A DNA stretch of 54,126 nucleotides from Oopsacas minuta (Eukaryota; Animalia; Porifera): assembly GCA_024704765.1 (NCBI GenBank), contig JAKMXF010000045.1, forward strand, positions 1 to 54,126, written 5' to 3'. Below, piece after piece: positions 21,336 through 32,321 of this stretch (positions are counted from its first letter, which is position 1; every line of letters begins with the position of its first letter). The translations under genes and the position numbers were made by a program. The notes below the pieces were generated by a model. It saw only the letters and a program-made list of their open reading frames with translations, did no database searches and had not been told where the DNA came from.

Positions 21336-23648
21336 TCAAATTTTGTGTTTGCTTTTTAATTTGAATCGTTTGAAAGCTTCAGGGACAGATCGGATCTCAT
21401 TTACAGTAGAATCAATAGGTGTATCATTTACTTGGAATGAACTACCGATGCTATCCAAATCTAAACAATGCTCACTGAATAATCTCTTTCCTTGTGGGTG
21501 AGTTAGCTCAAACGCCATTTTGAGTTCTTCTCCAACTATCTTATCAATATGGTCAGCTAGCAGATAGATGGGGACAAAACTAACAGAAGAGTCAAACAGT
21601 ATAAATGTCTCTGCTAGTGATTCCAACCATATTGAATACGTTTCTCTATTTAATCCTTCCATAGTCTCTGCAGTAGCACTCATGTCACCAGCTAACCAAA
21701 CCAGACTTGTCTTATCAAGTTTTTCCATTATCTGTCTCTCTTCTAGCGCGAGCTCACTAGTCAGATTTTTCCATTGATATCCTTCCTGTATCAAATCAAA
21801 GTACAATTCTATAACCATATGTATAGTGCGAAGAGAACTGGTGTCCTCATTCGTAATAGTATAACGTCCTTCTATTAGGCCGCCGCCATTTGCTTGTAGC
21901 ATGACAAAATGTCCATACTGTTTGAAGAATTTTGTATAAACTGGTATTAACTGGTTATTAACCTCATTAATACATTGATGTGGGAGAGATTTGATTGCTG
22001 TAGTAAACTCAGAATTGAAACGAACAAATTCTAAATTTAACTTCAAACATACTTTAGAAAATTCTACACGAAAGAATAACTCAGACAATTCATTGAATTT
22101 ATCTTCCAGTAGTTGTACTGCTAAAGTTCTTGAATCTTGTAGACTATTGTGGAAGAGACATTTGTCCAATTGTTCGATAGCTTCTTTCAACTGCTGTGGA
22201 GCAGCAGAGCTTCTGTCTACAGTACCATATGTAAATCTAGAACCTTCTATTGGAGAAACAGTAATCGCTTGAGATAAGAAAGTTAATAAAAACGGATTGA
22301 ACGCTTCGTTTTGGCTCCAGTCGAAAATGGAAGCTGCACTCAGGTCCTCTGATTCTATGTTATATCCACAACCAATTGCAGATATAGAATCTGACAGAAC
22401 TAATGATTTGATAAGTGAGCTCTTGAATAAAACAAGTTTCTCTTTAACTGATAGGAGGAATGGCGTAATTTTAATCTCCAACTGAATTATCGTTAATGAG
22501 GACAACTCTGCAATTGTATGAATTCCACATAACTCAAGAGCTAACAGTAACCCAGAAATATTTTCCGTACAAATACCTAGTATAGGATTCTCCTTCACAA
22601 ATTGTAATATAAATAAGTTTAATTCAGTGTTAGTATGATTTCGGATCTCGCTACGCAGGACTTCAACCCATTTCTTAGTACTTTTTGCATGTGAGTGAAT
22701 GTCCAGACAGTTAGAATTTATCCTGAGTCTCTCTTTGGGTTGATTCTTAACTCTAGAATCAAAGTAGAGACGTATTGCTTCCTTCCCTACTTCATCTCCT
22801 GCACTCACCATCAGATCTCTGATAGCTTTATACAAATTGAGAGGTTGTTCTGTATCATCATACAACAGTGTCCAATCACCCTGTACAGTCAACTGATAGG
22901 TTGGATTGTTCTCCATCAAGACAACAGGTGGATTCACTCCCAAACAAGAACGAGCTATGTTCTGATAGATTAAACTCTGTTTTGATAACTTCTCTGAGAA
23001 TTCAATCTTTGAATGAGAGCACACATGAGTTAGAACGATAACAACATTAGGTCGCTTCTTATCGACTATGTTCAGTTTCGACAAGGTTCTTAACATTCTC
23101 AAAGCATTAGCTTCACTGCCCAAAATACGATTGTCATTGGAATTGAAGACGAGCAGAACTACGTTAGGGTAGAACTTTCTCAGTTTAGATCCGAGAATGG
23201 GATGTACAGTGAGGAATTGTTCCATGAGAGCAAAGTTGGTTGCGTCTCTTCCTTCCGAGTCTCCCCATCCAGGAACATCCACAAATCCCACTTCCAGATT
23301 TGAGACACGCCAGTGCTCACTGTGCATACTACTCACCCACTCAGTGACAGAATCTGTGGCAGACTCTGTAGCAGAAGTTGGAATCAGGTCTGTGGAGAAG
23401 AGATGGTTGAGAGTGGATGACTTGCCAGCACCACTCACTCCATACAGAAACAGGATAGCTTCATTGCAAGAGCGATGTGCTTGTAGACTACTGGCAAACA
23501 ACTTGATAGCTGGATGGTTCGTCCTTTTCAAATGTAGCTTGTAAGTTTCATGGAGAGATCTCGGGAGACTCATCACAGAGCAACTTTCTGTCTCCTTTAT
23601 ATGAGATGGTGATAGTATAACCTGTTTAGGATTAATATGTGTTGCCAT
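21336..23648 (-). CDS. GTPase - MACPF protein, copy 2 (uninterrupted 770 aa, no Hint domain)
   Basis: Same GTPase motifs as copy 1; IGCGYN MACPF start; FFKQYGHFVMLQANGGG signature-like motif; W..SL...VPIYLL at the MACPF end; short basic tail. Confidence 0.85.
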   Translation of the reverse strand: MATHINPKQVILSPSHIKETESCSVMSLPRSLHETYKLHLKRTNHPAIKLFASSLQAHRSCNEAILFLYGVSGAGKSSTLNHLFSTDLIPTSATESATDSVTEWVSSMHSEHWRVSNLEVGFVDVPGWGDSEGRDATNFALMEQFLTVHPILGSKLRKFYPNVVLLVFNSNDNRILGSEANALRMLRTLSKLNIVDKKRPNVVIVLTHVCSHSKIEFSEKLSKQSLIYQNIARSCLGVNPPVVLMENNPTYQLTVQGDWTLLYDDTEQPLNLYKAIRDLMVSAGDEVGKEAIRLYFDSRVKNQPKERLRINSNCLDIHSHAKSTKKWVEVLRSEIRNHTNTELNLFILQFVKENPILGICTENISGLLLALELCGIHTIAELSSLTIIQLEIKITPFLLSVKEKLVLFKSSLIKSLVLSDSISAIGCGYNIESEDLSAASIFDWSQNEAFNPFLLTFLSQAITVSPIEGSRFTYGTVDRSSAAPQQLKEAIEQLDKCLFHNSLQDSRTLAVQLLEDKFNELSELFFRVEFSKVCLKLNLEFVRFNSEFTTAIKSLPHQCINEVNNQLIPVYTKFFKQYGHFVMLQANGGGLIEGRYTITNEDTSSLRTIHMVIELYFDLIQEGYQWKNLTSELALEERQIMEKLDKTSLVWLAGDMSATAETMEGLNRETYSIWLESLAETFILFDSSVSFVPIYLLADHIDKIVGEELKMAFELTHPQGKRLFSEHCLDLDSIGSSFQVNDTPIDSTVNEIRSVPEAFKRFKLKSKHKI

Positions 23649-25293
23649 CCTATAGACCTTTATGGCAATTGGAGAGATTGCCTAAAGCAAAAGAAAAATA
23701 TACGACAAAAACTACATCATATTAAATCAGTGGGATGCCAGTATATTACCAACAAAATTGTTATCAAATTACAACACTAGAAATTCTATTGTTGGTAATC
23801 TGCTTACCTTTGTGGCTGCAAATTACCAACAATACCGAAAATTGTTAAATTCTTCCTTAGCCCGGATACAAGTCTTCAATAGGCTTCAAGACTTGGTACA
23901 GCGCTTTGCACGTAAATCGCGCTCATTTCCGCTACGCTATTTTGCGTGTTTAAGGTGGTACGCTACCAGCGGGTTTATGTGTTATCTTGAAGCTACTAGG
24001 TGTCTATATACTACAAAAAAAATTTCTGGTTATCGGTAAAGTGTTACCACTAATACTAAAAATCATGTACTAATACAAAGTATATATATAATGTGAAGAA
24101 TTTCCGTAAATCAAGATAGAAATTTGAAAATTGGTTAAAAGTAGGCAAGTATTGACGAAATGGATAAATATTAGCGCATCCTAGTAAATACTGTACTTAG
24201 AAGTCCTAGAACCATGCCAAACAAAATCAATACTGGTGCTAAAAATGGTTCTCTAATAATTCATGGTTTACCTGATATAATACAAACTTTAATTTAGTAT
24301 CTTAACAGCTGTTCTTAAAATACTCTATATTGCTCGTATTTTCTTTGTTTTATATTCGATTTCATTTCAATGAATCTCAGTACTAGGATACTTGAACGTG
24401 TAACAATTTGACAATATGTGTTGGTAATTTGCAGCATTCCCAAAATCAGTAAATGAAGAACGCTCATTTATATGAATTATGGTATCTTTACAGGAATAAA
24501 GAGCCTCGGTTCTGTGATCAACTAGAAATAATAAAGAGGCGGATTCAAACACAAATCCGAGGGGAGGGTTGGGCTAAGATTATTTCAGGAGAGCTGCCCC
24601 ATAAGTTCATGGTTCATAACTAAATTAAGATTATAATATCTAAAATAGCTCAAAATCCATAAAAATGTCAATGATATATCCAAAGTGTACTATTCAAGTA
24701 ATTCATAAAAAGGAATGGAAAATATGTCCAATGGTCCACCCCTTTTGTTGCGTTTGCATATCGCCACACATCGATCAAGATCCTGCTGCGCTTGGATACC
24801 CTCGAAATAATCCAAATTTCTCTAATTTATTGTCACGCCAGGAGGTCTATTTTTAACACAAAATAGCACGAATTTACAAGTTTCATCAAAAATCACCCTA
24901 AACAGTTTACGCACAACCACTATTACTTCAGTAACTAGAGCTTAATTATCATACTATATAATGATAATTATGCTGGTTGTATAATATAGCCATTGATACT
25001 TGAATAACAGCTGGGTGATATGAGCAACATAGAATAAACTTGCCCACAAACACATAGCTACAACTTCTATGAACCAAGAAAAGAAAAGAAATATAACCTT
25101 ATGAAAAGAACTGTTTTGTCAGGCAGCCTAATAAATAGATGTTACATTCTACCTTTTTTTATAGGAAATACGTTTACAGATGCCTTATGATGTCTATCTA
25201 GGATAGTCAAGATGGTCTAATCAGGCCGATGCTCCGATAAATTCAAAGTACAGTGCAACCTGTATAAGTGGGGTCTCTTAGGCCCGTCGGAAG

Positions 25294-25593
25294 CAGGGGC
25301 GTAGCTAGATATTTTAAATTACAACGCACTACATGGAATTGGTACCCAACTTTTACCATCAGAATATAAAATGTAGATACAAATTCTCTGAATGTACTAA
25401 TAAATTATTCAATTATAATCGATTAATCAAATGCGAGGAGAATGCGCCTATCGTTCAGCGGATCAAAGCAGGGGCGTATTTGAAGGGGGCTCCAGGGGCT
25501 CCATGGAGCTCCCAGTCGGTGCGCCACTGAACCTCATCGGGGGAAAAAATCAGAAGAGAGGAAAAACGAAAGGGGTATTTTTCTCCATCTTGT

Positions 25594-25633
<40 letters not shown>

Positions 25634-26457
25634 CAAGATATGATTATATTTAATTTTTTGATGTAGTGATTTTACGTAATTAGTAGTATATATAATATCT
25701 AATTAGTAGAAAATATATCAAGATGTCAACAAAAAGACACGCCAGTAACAGACATAAACTCAAGTGTCATGAATGCGACTTATGTTAAGGAATAACAACA
25801 TATATTTTGACTACTTTGGATTAAAAAACTTGATTTTGTAAACTTTAGCTTATATTCTTTATTATCATTAGTTAAGTCGGAAGAATTTATGAAAAAACTC
25901 GTCGGAGCTGAAGTTGTGGAACCCCCTCCTTTGTTTGGTGCCCTACGCCCCTGGATCAAAGTCACGTAGGACACGCTCGACGTCAACATCAATAGTCTTG
26001 TGTAGATGCATCAGTGCTAGTCCTGTCAAACGGCTTTGACACATCGTGTTCCGCAACCATGTTTTCAGTCTTTTCAGTGTGCCAAATGAACGTTCTGCAG
26101 TTGCAGTGGATACAGGCATTGTTGCCAAAATAGCAAGTGCACTGTAGATGTTTGGAAATGTGTCCTTCGACATACAAACTAGAGTTTCACAAGCAGTTGT
26201 TGGTTTATCTTTCTCTCAAATTGTGCACCATTTACTTCTCCAAAATTTCCATTCCTTTTCATCATGCTCACAACGAATGATCACAAATTACATTCATCGG
26301 TCGAACTCTCATATAACAAAGATATTGTATGTGGGTTGATCCATTCTATTAAGGACAGGACAAAAATATATTTTGTCTAAATTCTCATTCCGCGTCCCTA
26401 ACTTGATAATTTTTAGTACGCACGTGCGTACTGTGCGTAATGCTAGCTACGCCCCTG
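25294..26457 (-). mobile_element. Internally deleted hAT element carrying a dimerization-domain remnant
   Basis: TIRs CAGGGGCGTAGCTAG / CTAGCTACGCCCCTG with perfect TSD GTCGGAAG. The minus strand encodes FPNI...PVSTATAERSFGTLKRLKTWLRNTMCQSRL. Contains a (GTT)n tract at ~25600-25631. Confidence 0.92.
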
Positions 26458-26959
26458 GTCGGAAGCCTCAGGCCTCGAGTGCACTTAACCTGCCACTGAT
26501 AAACATTGCTTGCAAATTTATGATCAAGCTACAGGTTAAACTCCCAGCTCTCATTTCTCATATAATGCTCTGCTACATTTTTTCCGTATACATATGTCTA
26601 AGTATATATTTATATACATAAGATATATACGTATATATTGCTGATTAATCTATGCACTACCGAAGAGTTGGCTAATTTATAATATATAAAATTGTCTAAT
26701 AAACACGTTTTCAATTTAGCTATACTGTATAGGATTGAAGCAAGATAAATATACCCAAATACACTGTAAACTACCTTCATTGTATATGCATTATACAGAC
26801 AGTATATACTTATTACTGTAATGACTTCAGTGAATTAACAAATAATTTAGCTACGATCTGAAATTCGAATCTTTATTGTAGGAAATTAACGCTATTTTCT
26901 CCTAATCGTTATAATTCCCTTGAACGTTATTTTCATGCACTATTTTGAGGTATCATACT

Positions 26960-27310
26960 TTCAACAACTATAGTAGGGTAATCGAGTATGCTGAGTCCGA
27001 ATATGGTATTGTAAACAACAGATTGTGAATATTTGTTTACTTTTAGGTACATAAAGTAAACAAATTTTAAATCTCAATTGTTGTTTGTCTGTTGATATGT
27101 AAATATATTGTTGTTTTTATGGATAGGCTTGCTTTCAACGGCTACAAAGGTATCTTACAAAATAATTCAATAACATGTATGTCATATAAATATATTTGTG
27201 AATTACAATGTTCTAAATATATCTATATTATAATATTCAAAGGGGCCATCAATTTGGAGAATAATGGATACCTCAAGGCGCAATGCGACGAGACAAATGC
27301 TCGTTTCTAA
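26960..27310 (+). mobile_element. Copy of dispersed family A (internal segments)
   Basis: Homologous to 36000-36350 (inverted) and 39250-39345. Confidence 0.6.
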
Positions 27311-27591
27311 TAAAATTCTAACACAATTTAAATACAATTTTGGCAAATTTTCAGTTATTACTTTGATATGATCTAAGTTAAAACTCTAAAATTGCGAAAT
27401 CATGTAAGCATTCATATAATTTCTGTTCAATGAATCCCTTCATCTATTTTGAACTTTGCAAAATTTATAGGTATCATATAATCTGTGGGATATAATATCT
27501 TTCACTTGCAGACCTAATTTCTATATCTATCATTTATGTAAATCAACATTTTTCAATACACATTTCTAATTTACCCAATGAATCTCTACAT

Positions 27592-27738
27592 AGGGATCGG
27601 TCAAAACGTTACGTAACACAATATATCAGAAATTGCCCTCTCCACGTGCCACGATTTTTGTAATACAAAAGTATAGTGCTGTCATCCTAAACACACCGCC
27701 TTCCTAAGTAACGTTACGTAACGTCTGTACGGCTCCAT
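27592..27738. mobile_element. Possible PIF/Harbinger-like MITE just upstream of the caspase start
   Basis: Imperfect TIRs containing ACGTTACGTAAC at both ends. Confidence 0.4.
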
Positions 27739-27820
27739 ATATACATCCATCAATAGAGAATCTAATTACACATTACATTCAATAATACGAATATATAATC
27801 CACCAGTCAGTCTAGCGAAA

Positions 27821-30800
27821 ATGGACCCTGAAGAGAATCTAACTTCCCAACACGTTTACCAGCCTAGCCTACTCAACAGCACCTACCCTTTAACCAGATC
27901 ATCCTACACTCCTGCCCATTCAGGAAATCACCCTAATAACTACCCTTACATGAACAATCACCTTCAATCTAACACACAACCCCCTCCATTTTACGGAATT
28001 CCAGAACCCCAACAGATTCATCACAATGTTACTCCCGCTCAATACCCGTATAACTCTCACACTCCTATTACGCAATCTCTCCATAATATTGTTCCTACTC
28101 CTCCAATTCCTGCCGGTCCTGCTCCCCAGATGTTGCAATCACTCCCAACTTCTGCTTACATGCCTGCATACAGCAATCTTGATTCAGACCCAAGTCAGAG
28201 AGAAGATTTCCAGTCGCTGATACGAGAGATTTGCACTGAGTTAGCTAAGGATGATAAAGTCGTAGATGAACTCAAGTTCATCTTATATGATAAATTTACC
28301 CAAGCTGAGATGGATAAGGTAAGTTGATTTTATTTTACTATGATTAACGCTAACAAATTCGAATAATTCAGTTCTCTAAATTTGTGAAAATACTATTTCG
28401 AATATTCGTAGACTTTGAGGCAAACTTTTCAATATAACTGAGGTAATACCTTGACATAAATATAGAGTCATTATAGCTACATATACAATTTCTAGCAATA
28501 TGTTGCTACGAGTTTAACTCTTAAAATTATAATTCAGCCTTTACTAATTCAAATTTGAATTGGATTCTTGCATAATTATCTCACAGCTAACTGATGTGGG
28601 ATCTATTCTGGATAAAATGATGGAAAAACAGCTTTTGAGTGAGAATAAAGTTTGCTACTTAGAAGATTATCTCAAAATATCTTATGTATCTCTCAGCAAG
28701 AGACTTATACAGTTCAGGCAATCTTGTGACAGTCCTAAGAAGCCTGCTACAGCTCTTGTACAAATAACAGGTTAGTACTATTGTATTTTCATTACAGTGT
28801 GTTAACCATATCTTTGATTGCTTTCGGATTCTTGTGTCATAGTTATAGAAATAACTTTAGACGAATTATTTGTAGTAATATGTGCCTTACATGTAAAAGC
28901 CAGAGTGGTTCTTATGCTATTGCTTAAGATTTTGTCTTGGACATGGAATCAATCAATTTCAACTGTCTGCACTTTTTCACGTTGAATCTGACCTGTAACT
29001 AATTTAATCATAGAATTAAACTGTCCGCACATTACATCTTGAGTTCTAGATTTCGTATTATTGATCGGTTTTATCCTCATTAATAAGCACCCTTTATTAC
29101 TTCCTGCGCTGATAGACTCTTCCCCACATACACTTTTCCTCTTGATTCTTTTCTTTGTTCTATTTTGTCCATCTGATGTTGCTAATTTTCCATGCTTGCT
29201 ACATGGATAATGCATGCTAGATTGTCTGGCATAAGTAATTTTAGGATCATGAACAAAATACATAGATTTTAGCTTTGGCATGATCATGCATGAATATTTC
29301 AAGTTTGTGGCATTGACTTTATTTGCACATCATCTGTTCTAATCTAGCATATTGCTTCTGCTATTTAAATAATTTTCCATTATTGCTGAAGGGAGTGCTG
29401 ATTAATTTCTAATGTTAAATACAGTAGAAATAAGTTCGAAAATATTTTGGAAGTACGGAATAAGTTCGAAAACTCTATTGTTACCATAGATTGTTGTTCT
29501 AGTGATTTTAAGTGGTTGATTGAGTTGTATGGACAGCTTTTGTATGGATTAGAATGAATTCTAAGCCATACGTGTTGTCTCGGGTTACGGTTAGCAGTTT
29601 TCTCGGCAGATTTTGATGGATTAGATTTGGAATTACATTATTTGAACTACCTACTTGGTGGCCTTTCAAACTTATTCCTATTCAGAAATACAGTTCTTGA
29701 CAGAGATTGTATTTTAAACTGATCCTGCAATTCGTACATGTAATGCAATTTCCAGATTGTCTGTCACCATTACAACGTGGCCTGTTTGGAAAATGTTAAC
29801 AAACGAAATTCCAACACAGTCTTCTAGGTTAATTTATCAATATTATAACTAAGTTATTGTAATTGTATACAGACGTGAGTCTAACAAAATTTGTCAAATG
29901 TTGCAACACTGTCATTCATAACTTGAGACTCTTATAAGAATTCCTAATCTATCAAGTGTCATCTCTCCTCATCATTGTCTGTATCCACAAGTACCAATTG
30001 GATCGGAATAGGATTAATTTCTTACTAATTATGTGTATAGAGTGGTAGATATGTGTAGGTTCTGGGTATCACTTATAAGACTCTTTCGCTTCACAAGATC
30101 AGAACGAATAGTTTCCAGGAGATCATCAAACAAATCAATCAATTCAATCAACTCTCTCTACCCGCTACGCATACTCAGTCCAGATACAGAGACAGGTGAA
30201 TCAGCTCTGATACTCCTGAACCAGCCCCTCCATCCCTCTCTTACACGAACTCTATTCTACAAATGTACATACAGAGTGTGTAGTGACGGAGGAGCTAACC
30301 GTCTCTATGCTCTCTCCTTCCATGACCTAACTCCAGACCAGATAGTAGGGGATCTTGACTCTGTTACTCATTCAGTACTGCAGTACTACAAAGATAGAGG
30401 TACACATATTGTACAGGACACAGGACAAGATAACACTGATCTCTTGAAGGCTCTCTTAATTCTACCCAGTAGTGTTAGTTCTGTTTATATACTCCCTCCA
30501 TTCACTGGTAGGTTTGATCATGTGCTGGCATGTATCAACTCTCTCTACACCTGGAACAATGGTCATCCCTCAGTGCCTGCATATCTCATATCTGAGACTA
30601 CTATTTGCTTCCTACTACCAGCTGGTAGAAATATGATTAGTTTCCCACCGGGACATGAAGACCAATTTTGTGGTCTAGTGCCAATAGGCGAACCTGCTTC
30701 CTGTGTGACAACCACAGGGCTGCGTTGGAATGTTAAGAATGAAGCGTTTCGATTTGGTGCCCTTATTAGTACAAGTAACCAGTTTGAATCCAATGTAGTC

Positions 30801-32321
30801 AGTGTAGATACAGATAAACCTCTCATATTCACTTCTACATACAAATATCCTCCAATCAAGTAATGATTATATTCATCATAGTTTCCTTAGATAAATATCA
30901 AAAAGTGATTTTACATGAGCCATAGACATTATATATAAATGTAACACTTTTGATTTTGCAATTATTATTGATTATTAATGCATCTATGGCAGGGAATCCC
31001 TGGAGAGGTGATGTTTCCTCGTATTTAGCAGTTTATCTAGTAAATGTTTGTACTTGACAAATTTACACTACCAGGGAGAGCGAGAGAGCGAAAATTTAAG
31101 CACCACTGCTCCTGAAAAATGTCCAAGGAAATGTCCAATGTACAGAGAATTCTAGAAATATTGGTAGGTGTTATGAGAAGAATTACCATCGAAAATATGC
31201 ATGAGTATGCCTGTACAATTGGTAGTTTCTTAAAGAATTGCCCATTAACAATTAATATTCATCAAATATAATCCCATAGAGGACCAACCAATCCCACAAA
31301 AGTCTATTCACCGCCCTCCAGTTGAATCAGGGGTCTACCATTACTCTATGGACAAGCGACCTCACGGAGTGTGTGCTATTTTTAACAATACTAACTTTAC
31401 TACAGAGAATCTGGGCAAGAGGAAAGGATCTGAGATAGATAGAGACCGTCTAACGACTATGTTCCAGCACCTACAATATAAAGTAGAGGTGTATAATGAT
31501 CTTACTGCAGGTAACTTAAATCCTTCCATATACGCAGGTACTTAGTACTACTTACAACAGTGCCTAGGGCTTTAGGACTGGTAAGCGCAAAAGTAATCAA
31601 TTTTTGGATATATTTACAGAATTACAGTAGATTAAATAATACGACCAGATATCTTAATAAATTGATTTATGCCTTCAAGTTTTCTGTCTATCTATTGGTC
31701 TCATAAGGTTCACTATAGAGACCATGGGTCTCTGATGCCTTTGTAACATATCACATTATAGATCAAACACTTTGGAGAATGAATGAGATATCTCAACGTA
31801 ACCATAAAGATTTCGATTCCTTCATCTGTTGTATCCTCACGCACGGTACTGACAATGATGCTCTGTATGGATCAGATGGTAAGGATGTAAGCCTCAGAAA
31901 AGTGATGTCTTTCTTCTACGGGAAGAATGCTAAGACTTTGTTTGGGAAACCAAAGATATTCTTCATCCAAGCCTGCAGAGGAGATCTTGAGGATTTGGGG
32001 TTCACTTCTAGTTCTATTGCAGCTGACTCAGAAGGCGATGATATGGTACACTTCGATTCTTCAGATCTACCTGACACAGCAGACTTCTTGATTGCATTTC
32101 CAACTTCTTCCGGGTTCGTTTCCTTCCGCTCTCACAACGAAGGAACATGGTACATCAAGGCACTATGTGATCAGCTGACGTCTTGTCATAACCAATACGA
32201 CTTAATGACTATACTCACTATGGTTAATGGGAAGGTTGCTGCAAGGAGGACATCTGAGGGGTACAAACAGATGCCCGCACCTGTAACTCATCTAAGAAAG
32301 CTGGTATATATACGTACCTAA
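27821..32321 (+). CDS. DED-containing initiator caspase (caspase-8/10-like architecture). Proposed exons: 27821-28318, 28587-28770, 31101-31163, 31280-31510, 31762-32321
   Basis: All proposed introns are GT-AG and phase-consistent (0,1,1,1). A DED-like domain is split over exons 1-2. Catalytic motifs RKGS, LTHG, QACRG and SFRS..GTWYI are present. Linker exon(s) are the least certain part. Confidence 0.75.
30033..30863 (+). CDS. TPK1: Thiamine pyrophosphokinase, intronless (start codon uncertain)
   Basis: ILLNQP, VCSDGGANRLY, GDLDS, QDNTDLLKAL, GRFDH, CGLVPIG, TTTGLRWN and STSN motifs. Confidence 0.92.
   Translation: MYRVVDMCRFWVSLIRLFRFTRSERIVSRRSSNKSINSINSLYPLRILSPDTETGESALILLNQPLHPSLTRTLFYKCTYRVCSDGGANRLYALSFHDLTPDQIVGDLDSVTHSVLQYYKDRGTHIVQDTGQDNTDLLKALLILPSSVSSVYILPPFTGRFDHVLACINSLYTWNNGHPSVPAYLISETTICFLLPAGRNMISFPPGHEDQFCGLVPIGEPASCVTTTGLRWNVKNEAFRFGALISTSNQFESNVVSVDTDKPLIFTSTYKYPPIK

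Noticed and set aside
16677-23544. Antisense ORFs over the GTPase, MACPF, TPK1, TAF4 and membrane genes listed in the ORF track
   Set aside because: These are shadow frames of real coding sequence with no independent motifs.
28949-29302. 117-aa minus-strand ORF inside the caspase intron as a second nested gene
   Set aside because: No motif or splice support; flanking frames are closed.
30993-31115. Death-domain-like exon using the acceptor at 31074 (PWRGRARERKF...)
   Set aside because: That frame hits TGA at 31113. The acceptor at 31100 gives an open, phase-consistent model instead.
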